Positions 1-16,998 of a stretch of DNA of 64,000 nucleotides are shown here, one piece after another. Source of the stretch: the human T2T-CHM13v2.0 reference genome, Homo sapiens; the NCBI RefSeq assembly GCF_009914755.1, contig NC_060937.1. The stretch is one strand, 5' to 3'. Under the pieces are notes generated by a model, which had not been told where the DNA came from, made no database searches, and saw nothing but the letters and a program-made list of their open reading frames with translations. A program made the position numbers and the translations under genes. The first letter of the stretch is position 1, and each line of letters starts with the position of its first letter.

Positions 1-230
1 GTCTGTCTTCATTTGAATTACTTACACTTTGAATTACTTGCCATTATCATAATGAAAATGTTTTAATTGGTAGGTGTTGCTACATTGACTTAAAAAGATA
101 CCAGAAGTCTACGGCAGTGTTTATATTCCACACAGCCTTTTAATAATGGTCTGATTAAACTTTTTTTTTTAATCTATGCCAATCTGAGAAGAGGCTAACA
201 GTGAGCCACTTTTAATTTCTATCTCTTTAG

Positions 231-537
231 GTTTTGTTTTTGTTTTTGTTTCTGTTGTGAGAGGGAGTGTTGCTCTGTCATCCAGGCTGGAGTGCAGTGG
301 CATGATCTCGGCTCCCTGTGAAGCCCGCCTCCCAGATTACAGTGATTCTCCTGCCTCAGCCTCCTGAGTAGCTGGGATTACAGGTGTGCGCCACCACGCC
401 CAACTAACTTTCGTATTTTTAGTAGAGCGGTATTTCACCATGTTGGTCAGGCTGGTCTCGAACTCCTGACCTCGTGATCCACCTTCCTCGGCCTCCCAAA
501 GTGCTGGGATTGCAGGCAGGAGCCACCGCACCTGGCC
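231..537 (-). mobile_element. Alu (AluS-like), full length
   Basis: Antisense Alu consensus with a (TTTTG)n-type tail. Confidence 0.9.
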
Positions 538-1377
538 TAGTTCTTTTTTTAAAACATAAACTCTTTCAGAAAAGATGCATCTTTTTAATTAGCACCAGAT
601 GTGAGCATCTTTTTATGTTCGAGGCATTTTTCTTTTCTGCAAACTGGCTAGTTGTATAATTTGTTCATTTTCCACTGCTTGCTTTCTGTTTTCTTTATGA
701 TTTTAAGAACTGTATGTTAAGCAGACTAGCCCTTTATTAAGTGTTGCAGGTATCTTTTTTTGTTCTGTAGCAATTTTTGTCTCTTGAAGAAGTTAAATTG
801 ATGAACATTTTATTTTTTGACCTTCGGATTTTGTTTCTTCATAACAGCATATTTTAAAAAGTAGTCTGAGAGTTATTTTATTTTAAACTCTTAAATATTT
901 AGTCTGAATATTCATGTGAAATTTATGTGGGTGTAATGAATGAAAGGGAGATTCACTTTTTTTATTTTATCTATATAACCATCTGTTTGTTTATTCACTT
1001 TATTGTTTAGTAATGGCTAGCAAGTTGTCACATCTGATTATTGAGCAGGTCATCTCCTCCCTTGAAGTCTGAATATAACATAAAGTATAACCTTTATGTT
1101 TTACTGACTTTATATATACATATTTGAGATCGGTTTTGGTGTCCTATTCTTTTGCACTATTCATATGAGCCTCTATCAAACATCTATCTTCATTACTGTA
1201 GGTTTGATCATTTTTCAGTGTCTAATGGTGTTATGGCCCACTTTTATCTTGTTTTTGTTTTTTTCTTTTAAATTTTCTGCAATTTCATCCTTAATTGTTT
1301 TTCTTTTCTTCAGTAGTTTTTTTCTGGCTATTCTTGATGCTTTTTTTCCCCCACATAGATATAATTAGCTTGGTTAA

Positions 1378-1695
<318 letters not shown>

Positions 1696-2061
1696 AGCTT
1701 GGCTAATATTTTTAAATTTTGTTGGTATTTTTATTGAGCTAGCATCATAATTTTAGATTATTTTAGGGTAGAATTGACATCTTTATAACAAATGAGTGTT
1801 TATTCCCCTTTGTTTAAGTAATCTGTTATTTCTGTCAGTAGGTTTTTATGTTTTCTTCATACAGGTCTTATACAGTTCTAGTTGTTTATATCTACAGATT
1901 TTATCTTTTTTGTTGCTGCTAGTAAATGTAAGTGGGTTCCTTTTTTTTTTTACATTGTATTTCATTGTCCCCCCAACACCCCTCCCACATTTGATTGATA
2001 GTCTTCTTGATCCCTTTTGATTCCTCTTCCCTACCCCCAAGCAGTGATTTGAATATTAATT

Positions 2062-2850
2062 TTTTCATTGAGATATAATTCACATACCATAAAATCAATC
2101 CTTTTAAAGTATGTAATTCAGTAGGTTTTAATATATCAAAAGATCATGGAACCATTACCATTCAAATTCCACAGCATTTTCATCACCCCAAAAGGAAACT
2201 GTATCTGTTAACCAACACTTCCCGTTTTTCTCTCTCTCCATTCCCTGAAAACCACTAATCTATTTTCTGACTTTTTATAGATTTGCCTGTGCTGCACATT
2301 TCATATAAATAGAATCATATAATATGTGGCTTTTTTATGTCTAGCCTCTTTCAGCTAATGTTTTCAAGGTTCATCCGTGTTGTAGTGTATGTCAGTATTT
2401 CCTTCCTTTTATGGGTGAATAATATTCCATTATGTGGATATATCATATTTTGTTTACCTGCTTATCAGTTGATAGACATTTGGATTATTTCCACTTTTTG
2501 GTAATTATGCATAATGCTACTATGAGCATTCATGTACATGTTTTTGTGCGAACCTATGTTTTTAGTGCTCTTCGGTAATATGCCTAGTAGTGGAATCACA
2601 ATTCCACTGTTAGGGTCATAGCAATTGATTATAGCCATCCTAGTGTGTATGAAACAGTATATTATTGTGGTTTTGATTTCTGTGTCCCTAATGACTAAAG
2701 ATTTTGAGGAGTTTTCCATGTGCTTATTGGCCATTTGTATGTGTTCTTTGGAAAAAAATGTCCATTCAAATCCTTTGCCCAGTTTTAAATTTACTTGTTT
2801 GATTTTTTTAAATCATTGTGTGGTTTTTATATTCTTATTCATACTAGACC
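2062..2850 (-). mobile_element. Old L1 (L1MB-like) 3' end, first segment; resumes at ~5523-5880
   Basis: L1 3'UTR-type sequence; ORF 2465..2734 resembles the ORF2p C-terminus (ANKHM...SLVIR...IKTT). Confidence 0.8.
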
Positions 2851-2851
2851 T

Positions 2852-5520
<2,669 letters not shown>

Positions 5521-5994
5521 GTTAGACCTTTATTAAATATATGATTTGCAAATATTTTCTCCTATTTTGTGAGTTGCCTATTCACTTTCTTGATAGTTTC
5601 CTATGAGTTACAAAAAGTTTTAAATTTTGATGAAGCCTGATTAAAAAAATGTTTTTGGTTGCTTGTGCTTTACTTGTCCTATCTTTTATTTATTTATTTG
5701 TTTGTTTGTTATTTATTTCTTGCATCTGCTCCACTGGCAATACTTGTCTTAGCATAAGAAGCCATTGCTCGACTAAAAGTCACAATGGTTTATACCTATG
5801 TTTTCTTTGTTGTATTTTGTGCATTTAGGTTTTTGATTCATTTTGAAGTAATTTTTGTATATGGTATGAAGTAGGTGTTGGATGTTATATATTATGTTTC
5901 TGTTTCACGTGGTCACCACTAGATTTTTACCATTCATGCTTTAACTAAGTATGGAATTGTTGAAGAGATGGGCAGTAAAAATATTAACGCAAGA

Positions 5995-6346
<352 letters not shown>

Positions 6347-6749
6347 TAGTTATCTAGAATTTTAGTTACACTTTGACTTTTATTCTTTTACTGTCAGTGC
6401 TTATTCAAATTTTCTCACATATTCTTACATTCCATGCCTTTTAAGAGGGGAGTTTCCTTTTTAGTGAAGTTGATCTTTTAATAGTTCTTTCACCATGGAG
6501 ATGCTAGTGACAAACCTTAAACATGTCTCTCTTTCTTCATTTGTAGATTGTATATAAATTTCAAGTAGACAGTTATCTTTTCTCCTTTGAAAATTTCATT
6601 GTTTAGTGTTGCTGATACAGTTAGCATAATTATTTTTCTTTTGTTAGATCATTTGTCTCTTTTCTGGTAGCTCTTAAGATTTTCTCTTTGTCTTTCGCAT
6701 GCTGCATTTTTGCATAATTGGTAGAAAGGACTTATTTTGCTCAGAACTC

Positions 6750-7352
6750 TTTTTTTTTTTTTTAAACAGCATCTCTCTGTCACCCAGGCCTGAGTGCAGT
6801 GGCACGATCATAGCTCGCTTTACCATTTTCCTCCCTGGGCTCCAGCAATCCTTCCACCTCATCCTCTTGAGTAGCTGGGACTACAGGTGCATACCATGTC
6901 TGGTTTATTTTAATTTAATTTAATTTTTTTTTGAGACAGAGTTTCACTCTTATCACCCAGGCTGGAACAGTGGTGCAACCTCTGCTCACTGCAACCTCTG
7001 CCTCCCTGGTTCAAGTGATTCTTCTGCCTCAGCCTCCCAAGTAGCTGAAATTACAGGCATGTTGCCACCATGCCTGACTAATTTTTGTATTTTTAGTAGA
7101 CACGGGGTTTCAGCATGTTGGCCAGGCTGGTCTCAGACTCCTGACCTCAGGTGACCCACCCGCCTTGGCCTCCCAAAGTGCTGGAATTACAAACATGAGC
7201 CACCGCACCCGGCCTAATTTTTTATATTTTTTGTAGAGACGGGGTTTCACCATGTTGCCCAGACTGGCCTCTAACGCCTGGCCTCAAGCAGTCCGCCTGC
7301 GTCAGCCTCCCAAAATGCTGGGATTACAGGTCTGAGCTACCACATTCAGCCT
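6750..7352 (-). mobile_element. AluJ-like element interrupted by an AluS (6906-7214)
   Basis: Two Alu arms separated by a complete Alu at the A-rich linker; outer TSD tgct(c/g)agaactctt. Confidence 0.88.
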
Positions 7353-8420
7353 CTGCTGAGAACTCTTAACTTAGAACTTCTTGAGTGAGGAGTTGTGTGC
7401 TGAGTTCTTGAAAATCACAATTCTTTTTTTTCGAATGTTGCTTCTCCAGTATTCTTTTCTTCTTTTCCTGGATATTTACATTTTCATTATTTTGTATCTC
7501 TTAACTGCTCTTTTAAATTTTCCAGGTTTTATTTCTGGTTAATTTCCTCAGATCTTTATTTATTTATTTATTGTTTCCCTCTTTGATTTATCTAATTTAT
7601 TGTTTCACTCTTTGATTTATCTACTTTGCTATTTAATGCATCTTTTGATGTTTTTTCCCTTTAATTTTAATGCTTATGTTTTCACTCTTAAAGAGCCAGT
7701 GCACTCTGTTTTAGAATTACAGACACCTTATTCTTTTGTGATGTTTGTCACTTCTTTCATATTCTTAATCACCTCCGTAGTAATTATATTTTATAATCTG
7801 TTTTATATGGTTCTGTTACCTGGACTCTTTGTTCTTGTGTTGCTAATTCTCAAGTATGTTGTACATGCTCGTTCTTATGAGTTCTTTTAAGTGCGATTAT
7901 TTTCTGTGGAAGGTTCTTGTATGTTGTCATTTTTGTGGAAGTGTTCATCAAAATAGTTTGGTGTTTGCTTCAGCAAGGTGTCTGAAGAGTTTTTCCAAAG
8001 CAGGTCGAGTATTGTGTTGATTTCTTGTCGGGATTCCTGTAACATGGAATCTCATGAGGATTTTCTCTCTTATACTTATGCATGGAACAGGCATGTGGTT
8101 TCCATTTCTCTTAAGACGTCACCCCAGTCCTCCAACCTTCCTCCTTTTTCTCCATTGCTCTTCGACAGACAGGCTTCCCTTTTTGTTCTGTGAGCTGATA
8201 GAAATGTCCTGTATTTACTGCTTTTCCAGAGTCCTGGTTTTACACAGCGGTTTTAGTTTCATTTTCTGTATTCTGTGGGCTCATGGCCACATTTCGTGTA
8301 CCCTTGTGGGCCTTAGAAACTCAACTTGTAGAGACTGTATCTGACCTAGCTTATAATTCCCCAAACTCCACGACATAACCTCCTGGCTTCAGATTCTGCT
8401 TTAGTTTCTTGCTCTTGGGG

Positions 8421-8740
8421 TTGGTTTGTTTGTTTGTTTGTTTGTTTGTTTGGTTTTGAGACAGAGTTTTATTCTGTTGCCCAGGCTGGAGTACAATGGT
8501 GTGATCTCGGCTCACGGCAACCTCCACCTCCCAGGGTCAAATGATTCTCCTGCCTCAGCCTCCTGAGCAGCTGGGATTACAGGTGCGCACCACCACACCC
8601 AGCTAAATTTTGTATTTTTAGTAGAGATGGGGTTTTGCTGTGTTGGCCAGGCTGGTTTTGAACTCCTGACCTCAGGTGGCCTGCCTGCCTCAGCCTCCCA
8701 AAGTGCTGGGATTATATGTGTGAGCCACTGCGACGGGCCC
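8421..8740 (-). mobile_element. Alu (AluS-like) with a (TTTG)n tail; T22 run follows at 8741-8762
   Basis: Antisense Alu consensus. Confidence 0.9.
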
Positions 8741-10146
8741 TTTTTTTTTTTTTTTTTTTTTTAAGATCAGGTATATTTTAAATGTTGGGATGTTGTGTTT
8801 TATCTCACAGTTCTGTGTGTTCATAACATTGGTAGGGGTTGAGGGAGGGTGTCCATGTTAGTTTAGTCTCTCATTTTCCAGAAATAATATTGTCCTAACT
8901 GGTTGGTTGTATTTAGGAAGGGTGCTGATTTGGTATATATTAATTTTCTAATCATTAATGAATTCTGTAATTATTTTCCAGGAGTTTTTTATGTTGTTTC
9001 TCTTAGGTTTTCCAGAAATAGAATTGTGTTATCCAAAAAAACAGTGATGCTTTGCCTTTATAGATTAGCCTTGAAGTTTTTAAAATCTCATTTCTTTCTT
9101 TTGTTAGTTCCAGTTAATTTCTCCAGTAGACATTCCTGTGTTGTTCCTTACTTTTATTTGAATTGGGTACTTTTGAGAATCATTTTTCAAATGCCCTAAA
9201 GCAGTTAATTTATCATATATTACTTTTAAATATCTCAGTTTGCATGTTCACTTTAGAAGTTACAGTGTAATTATTGTATACTGATGTCATCAGAATGTCA
9301 TTTCAAGAGTAAATGACAAAAAAAAATACAAAAAATGAAATACGAAAGTGAAATATTCTTAATTTAGAATATTTAAAATACAAATTTTCATCCTTCTAGA
9401 TTGTTGTTATGCTGATCTTCTATGTATTACTATATTTGCTGTAGTGCTCTGTTGATTGAGTGTCAGTTAATATCAGGGTGTTCCAGTAACCATTGGTAGC
9501 CCTTTCCCTGCTGTATATGGAAAGATTGAAATTATACAAGAATATTTATGTGTGAAACATGAAATTTCTAATGAAGAAGAAGAAACTTCTATTACAGTGT
9601 ATCTGATGTACCTCATTATTAAAAGAAGACCTTTAGTTTTATTATATCAAATGGTTTCCTGAAACCCTTTTAGCGTAAGATTCCTGTGGTTAAACATTAA
9701 ATAATATGCAATGGAAGATGTCATTTTAAATTAAGAATTCTTAACTTTCAATCAGATTTTCTTAATTTGAGCAGAATCTGCTCATTTTAATTCAGCATCC
9801 TATTTTAAACTACTTGTTCCTGTAGTGTGGTTCTATTCTTTCTTGCTGTTTATAATTTAGTACTGTATGTAGGCACTTAAGAATGGGCATCTTGTTAGTA
9901 TTGTCTTCATAATACTAAATACAGAATACCTCTCTCCAAGTGGATGTGTAGATATTTTACTCAGTTCTTTAACACACTTATAAAATATACAGATGACACA
10001 AAGCTGTGTCTTTTGTGATTAGATTAGGTATTTCAGTAATTTAGTTTTTAATTTCCTATGCAATTTAAGTATCCTATTATCCTTATTGGCGGGGGTGGTG
10101 ATGCTTACTGTTGTACATGTTTTATTTTGAATGTTCTTTCTTTGCT

Positions 10147-10327
10147 TTCCTTTTTTTTTTTTTCCTTAGAGAGACAGGGTCTCGCTATGTTACCCAGACT
10201 GGAGCACAGTGGCTGTTCATGGGCGCTTTGTGGCTCATGCAGCCTCAAACCCCTGGGCTCAAGCGATCCTCCTGCCTCAGTCCCCCAGGTAGCTGGGACT
10301 ACAGGCTCACACCACTGCACTCAGCTT
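10147..10327 (-). mobile_element. Alu monomer (FRAM/AluJ-like)
   Basis: Single diverged Alu arm; flanking tttgaatgt repeats. Confidence 0.8.
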
Positions 10328-10721
10328 ACATTTGAATGTATTTAAGTAACTCCAGTCAGCCTCAGCTCAGATGAACTCAAATTTTATTTCTGCAACTTTA
10401 TATTAAAATAACCTCACAAAATTTAGAATTCTTAAGAGAACTCTTGATACCCTATAGTAAATTCTACTATAGGTGAATTTCTATCTTAACTCACCTTAGA
10501 TTGTTTTTATGGTAATCTCTTTCCACGTACTCAGCCTTGAAGAGAGATTCTACTTTTTGTCTCACTTACATACCTACTTTGATGTCAGAATCTTTCCCTT
10601 CAGCCAATGCTACACATAGCCCCATCCCCACATAGCTTTAGTAGTCACACTAAAGCTAGTAAAACATGTAATTGATTTCCTGTTTTCGTATGTGTGTAAG
10701 ACTTAGGAATTGGTCAACTAT

Positions 10722-10960
10722 ATAGCATGTTGGCTGAGAGCACTGACTTTGGAATTAAATCAACCTGAGTTTGAGTCTTGATTATGTTGCTGAATTACCT
10801 ATATTTGTCCTTACAGTAATTATTTTGATCTTTTAAGTTAGTTTCTCCTCTGAAATAAATATGCTATACCTACCTCACAGGGTGGTTGTGAGGATTAAGT
10901 AGATTGATGGATGTGGAGCACTTAGATTAGTGCCTGAAACATTGAAAGGGCTCAAGAATT
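10722..10960 (+). mobile_element. MIR
   Basis: MIR core tacctacctcacagggtggttgtgaggattaa...gcacttag. Confidence 0.75.
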
Positions 10961-12843
10961 GTAGTTCTGTTGTATTACTTAATGTCATAATAGTAAACAA
11001 ATTTACTCATCTTTGGTTACTTGGCCAGTTTATTTTGGAAAGTCTTAGAGACTAGCTTTAGGAAAATCTGTCTAAATGCATTTCATTTTAGACAAGTAGG
11101 GAGTTTTTATCCATTGATAATAGTCTAATATAATTTTTGCTGTATGGATTAACCTTTAATTAACTGTACAATATAGAGTTAGATTAAAAACAGCTCTGGA
11201 ATAGTTTTTAAAAAATAAAATAAAAGGTTTATATAAATATAGTAATTTGGCTTCATATTTTTTTTAAGGAGTTTGGGTTTTTTTAAAGTTTCTTTTATAC
11301 ACATTTAAGACATAACTCGAGAATTCCTATCCTATTTTAATCTCAATGCAGTAGACATTGTGTTATAGTAAGTAGGAGTACTAGATTGGGAATTTGGAGA
11401 GTTGAGTTTGAGTCTTGGCTTTGCTGTTGACTTTGCATGTATGTCCTGTGGTGTTTATAGCCTGATTTACCTCACCTACCTACTTTAGTTGCTCAGAAAA
11501 CCAGAAATAATTATGTTGAGGCTCTTCAGAAAGTACAGAGGGCTATCCAAAGAAAAGAAAAGTATTACCTCAGTTCTCTGCTTATTTTTGTTCACCTACA
11601 TGTTTTCAGAAAACATGTTGGTATCTTATGAATTATTAGAAATTGAAACTCATATCCCTGTTAATCATAATTTTGTGACTAGGGCATTTTTGGTAGCCCT
11701 TTTCTTATATTGTGAGGTGGCATATTATTTCAGTGGTGAAGGTTTTTAGGCATTCACCAAATAGCCAGAAAACAGTTCCTGGATAAGCTTATTTTTTTCA
11801 GGAAGGGTAACTGTTGCTCTAAATACCCTTTTCAGTCTGCTCAGAACTGATCACCTCCATTAAGCCTTTGATTAACGCTACCTGGTTTTAATTAATTTGC
11901 ATTTCATCAGCATTTATGCATGTAGTTTGTAGTGTATTAGTTTATATTTGGGTTTTTTTAAGTTATTTTATGTCTTTTACATGTGACCTGGTCTTTTTTT
12001 CTCAGCTAGCTTGGAATCTCCTGAAGGGTAAAGACAATTGTCCTTTCCCTTTCTTCACAATAAACTCATAATAGAGGGCGCTTTGCACATAATGTTTCTT
12101 ACTGGTTGTGGTTGTTCCACTGGAACATAGTGGTTGTTCCACTAGAACATAATGGTATCAATTGGCCTAATTCTAAATAGTATGCATCTGTAGAAATTTT
12201 CAGAGTATGCCTGTTTAGAGTTAATGACAAAAAGGCATCAAAACAACAGACTGCTTGATACTAAAAATATGGCACTTAAGCTGCTATGTATTTCAACTTT
12301 TTTTTTTTTGCTTTTTCAAACAATTTTGTTAATTATATTTGGCTGAATGAAATCTAGTAGCTCTTCATTAGATAATTTGAATTTTTAATACTGTAATATA
12401 TTTGGGGAATGTGCTATTTGTATTGTTAATGATTCTTAATAAAAAAGGAATTATGCCTTTTATAAAAGAAAAACTTTTATAAAAGGCATAATTTTATAAA
12501 GAGCCACAATTCTGTTACTTCCCACTCTTCCATTAATTTATTAAATTTTTGGTCACTCTTGCTATTAAATTTCCTGATGTAAACCTTGATATGGAGGAGA
12601 CTATTCTTGCAGTAAATCTGCTAACATATTTGGAAATAAGTACATTTGAAAAAAGAAACTTTACATTTGCTTTAATCAGAGCTTTTTCTACAACAAAACA
12701 AGATAAAATTATTTCCTTCATCTTTGCACTTACGATCCCAAAGATGATGTTTCTTCCAAATGAATGTTTGCATTTTATTTTCCAGACTTGTTCTCTAAAA
12801 CCAATTATTGCTCCATTAAGAAACATTTTTACATCTTCTTCAG

Positions 12844-13091
12844 GAATGTCGTTGTCTGCTGGGTCTTCCCCTCTTCATTCCCCCAAGATTACTCCACATA
12901 CTTCTCCTGCTCCCAGAAGAAGAAGTCACACTCCAAATCCAGCAAGTTACATGGTGCCTTCTAGTGCCTCTACATCTGTTAATAATCCTGTTTCTCAGAC
13001 TCCGTCTTCTGGTCAGGTGATCCAAAAGGAAACTGTTGGTGGGACGACTTACTTCTATACAGACACAACTCCAGCACCTTTGACTGGAATG
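12844..13091 (+). CDS. PAN3: PAN3 coding exon (probably exon 7 of 19), low-complexity linker (G)MSLSAGSSPLHSPKITPHTSPAPRRRSHTP...TTYFYTDTTPAPLTGM
   Basis: Acceptor tcttcttcag|G, donor ATG|gtatgt; 248 nt, phase 1 to 0; exon numbering assumes 19 exons. Confidence 0.95.
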
Positions 13092-13983
13092 GTATGTCTA
13101 CATTAAAGAGGAAATTTTAGTACTCTCTTGTAACAGGACCTTCTTAGTTGTGAGGCGGTCTACCCCCTCCTGCAGCTTTTTATTGTGATGCAAAAAAGTA
13201 TTTCATTTTCTAACTTAGATGAGAAGTCTAGTCTCTTCTTCTCAACTCTTCAAATTAATCTAGTTCTGCCTTACTAATAATTCTAGTTTTGGACTAAACT
13301 GGTTTAATCAGAAATTAGATTATATCCATGCTCTTATTTTAGTCTTTATGGCATGTTTTGCTTATGGGTTTACCTTGTACTAGCTGGAATTGATGCCTGC
13401 TGACATTTGTTTATAGGTATAGATAGTTTAACCTCAGTAAGAAGCTAGAAAAAGTAGATGGTATGTCCTCAGTAGTTACTGGAAGCAAATCAATGATAAA
13501 CCCTTATTTCAGATGAGGTAGTTATTTAACAGCTAGATCTGTGGATGGTGGAGTGACACATAATGATAAGGGGCCTGCAGTATGGCTCTTATGCTCAGGA
13601 GATAGAGTAGTCAGACCCAAGAGAGCCATGATTGTAGATGACGAAAGAGCTACCAAAGGACTGGCGATGAAGTGAGGGAAGAATCGTGAAACAAATGGGA
13701 AGAGGTGGCCCCAGAGGAAACATGAATATTAAGACCAAAAGAGGAAGAACATGGCCAGAAAGAAAGATTTCTTATCAGAGTCAATTAGTAATGTTCCAGG
13801 AGAGGGAGAAGGAACAGGAGTCAGGGGGCGAGAATGAATGGGGAAGGAGAGGGAAGGATTCCATGTTACGTAAATTGTACCTTTTTTAGCTTCATTACTT
13901 CATCCATATTCAAAAATTATTTTATTTACCCTAGAAAAATAAGTAGTAGATGAAGTGAGTGAGAAAGTCAGAGTCCACTAAAA

Positions 13984-14185
13984 CAGGGGTCCTCAATCCT
14001 TGGACCAGAGACCAGTGTTAGGAACCAGGCCGCACAGCAGGAGGTGAGCAGTGGGCGAGTAAGTGAAGTTTCATCCGTATTTACACCCACTCCCCATTGC
14101 TCTCATTACCATCTGAGCTCCTCCTCCTGTCAGATCAGCAGAGGCATTAGATTCCATAGGAACATGAACCCTATTGTAAACTATA
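13984..14185 (+). mobile_element. MER1-type hAT DNA transposon fragment
   Basis: caggggtcc...gttaggaaccaggccgcacagcaggaggtgagc...gcattagattc...aaccctattgt matches MER1. Confidence 0.8.
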
Positions 14186-14378
14186 AATATATTGTAAAAT
14201 ACATATATATTTTATATATATGTAAAGTTATTAAATTATATAAATATATATTATATATATTATATATAATTAATATATATTATATATAAATTATATATAA
14301 TATATAATTAATTATATATTATATATAAATTATATATAATATATAATTAATATATAAAATTATATAAATATATATATT
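14186..14378. repeat. AT-rich (TA)n-like low-complexity tract
   Basis: ~190 nt almost entirely A/T with repeated tatatataaattatatataa units. Confidence 0.95.
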
Positions 14379-14669
14379 TTTTGAGATGGATGTTCGCTAT
14401 TTCACCCAGGCTGGAGGGCAGTGGTTCAGTCTTTGTTCACTGCAGCCTCCGCCTCCTGGGTTCAAGCATTCCTCTCACCTCAGCCTCTAGTAGCTGGGAC
14501 TACAGACGCACACCACCATGCCTGGCTAACTTTTGTATCTTTAATAGAGATGAGGTTTCACCCAGTTGATCAGTTGGCCAGGCTGATCTCAAATTCTTGA
14601 CCTCAAATGATCCGCCCACCTTGGCCTCTGAAGTGCCGGGATTACAGGCGTGAGCCACCATGCCCAGCC
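14379..14669 (-). mobile_element. Alu
   Basis: Antisense Alu whose tail runs into the TA tract. Confidence 0.9.
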
Positions 14670-15271
14670 TAAACTATGCTATCTTATGTAAGGAAACCAA
14701 CACAAGAAAAAAGAGATATTATTCTCCCTGCAGACACAGGCTAAAGGAAACCTTACAAGTATCACAAAACTGCTTCCTAGTTGAGATGCAGAGCAGAGCA
14801 GTCATGTTAGGGCAGCGCAAATCAGCTGAATTCGTTTTTAAAAGAGAAAAAAGGTTTCATTGTTTAAAATGAAAGAATGAAAAAATAGAAAAGATATTTA
14901 AAACTGAACTTTGATTTTGTATCATGGACCAGTGAAGGAGAGGCAGAGAAAAGAGTGATAAAGAGAACAAAGGGTGGTGGGATGAGTCCAGTTGAAAGAA
15001 TGAAAGACAAGAAGCTGGAAGCTGATTTAGTAACTTTATTGTAGTTTGCTTGGAAGGTAAATGTATTATTGTATCCTTCTGTTCACTTAAACTGCTGACC
15101 TAGAGTAGGTTTGAATAACACTTTGTTTAGTTTGGCCACAAAATGCCTGTGAAAGGGGAAATTCTTTGGGCAGCCAGGGCAATATCACTTCCTTATCTCC
15201 CAGTACCCAAACACCTTTAGTTTCTCCTTCCTTCCTTCCAGTTGCTTTCAAAAAGTGGCGATGAACTGCTT

Positions 15272-15596
15272 GTATAGTTGCCATTTAGTATCCAAGGGGG
15301 ATTGATTCCCGGACGCCCACAGATAGCAAAATTCCTGGGTGCTCAAGTCCCTGATATAGAATGACATAGTATTTGCATAGATCTTATACACATCCTCCTG
15401 TATACTTTAAATTATCTCTAGATTACTTATAATACCTAATGCAGTATAAGTGCTTTGTGAATAGTTGTTATAATGTATTTTTAATTTGTATTACTTCTCA
15501 TTTGTTGTATTGTCATTTTTTTCCCCTGAATATTTCCTACCCATGGTTGGTCGAATCCTTGAATACAGAACCCAGGGATACAGAAGGCTGACTATG
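15272..15596. mobile_element. MER2 (Tigger-derived) DNA transposon
   Basis: gctcaagtccctgatat...catcctcctgtatactttaaat(t)atctctagattacttataatacctaat matches MER2. Confidence 0.8.
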
Positions 15597-15659
15597 TGAC
15601 ATTTCTTCCAAAGAGCTACTTTTATCTTCTCAATGGAGCTTAAATTTTACTGTATCTGA

Positions 15660-16123
<464 letters not shown>

Positions 16124-16160
16124 TCATTAGATTTTTAATTGATTACTGAAATATTATGTT

Positions 16161-16489
<329 letters not shown>

Positions 16490-16666
16490 GAAATATTATT
16501 TTTAATATGAATTCTTTCAGAAAGTATTCTCTAACAGCTATTCTCTGAGGTTTTTACTTCAATATTATTTAAAGATTTAAAATGTATTAAAATTTATTGC
16601 TATCATGTAAAGATTAAAATTTTATCAAAACAATAATAAAGCTTATTGATTATGAAAAATTAGTCA

Positions 16667-16962
16667 GGCTGGGTGTGGTGGCTCACACCTGTAATCCCAG
16701 CACTTTGGGAGGCCGAGGCAGGTGGATCACCTGAGGTCAGGAGTTCAAGACCAGCCTGGCCAACATGGTGAAACCCTGTCTCTACAAAAATACAAAAATT
16801 AGCTGGGCATGATGGTGGGTACCTGTAATCCCAGCTACGTGAGGCTGAGGCAGGAGAATCACTTGAACCCGGGAGGCAGAGCTTGTAGTGAGCCGAGATT
16901 GCGCCACTGAACTCCAGCCTGGGCAACAGAGCAAGACTCCATCTGAAAAAAAGAAAGAAAAA
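16667..16962 (+). mobile_element. Alu (AluSx-like) ending ~35 nt before the exon at 16999
   Basis: Sense Alu with A-tail. Confidence 0.92.
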
Positions 16963-16998
16963 TGAGTGATTACATTTACCCCCTTCCTACCTTTTTAG

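Noticed and set aside
15071-15079. U12-type donor-like GTATCCTTC
   Set aside because: It is mid-intron with no upstream exon or matching U12 branch point; all PAN3 introns in the window have U2-type donors.
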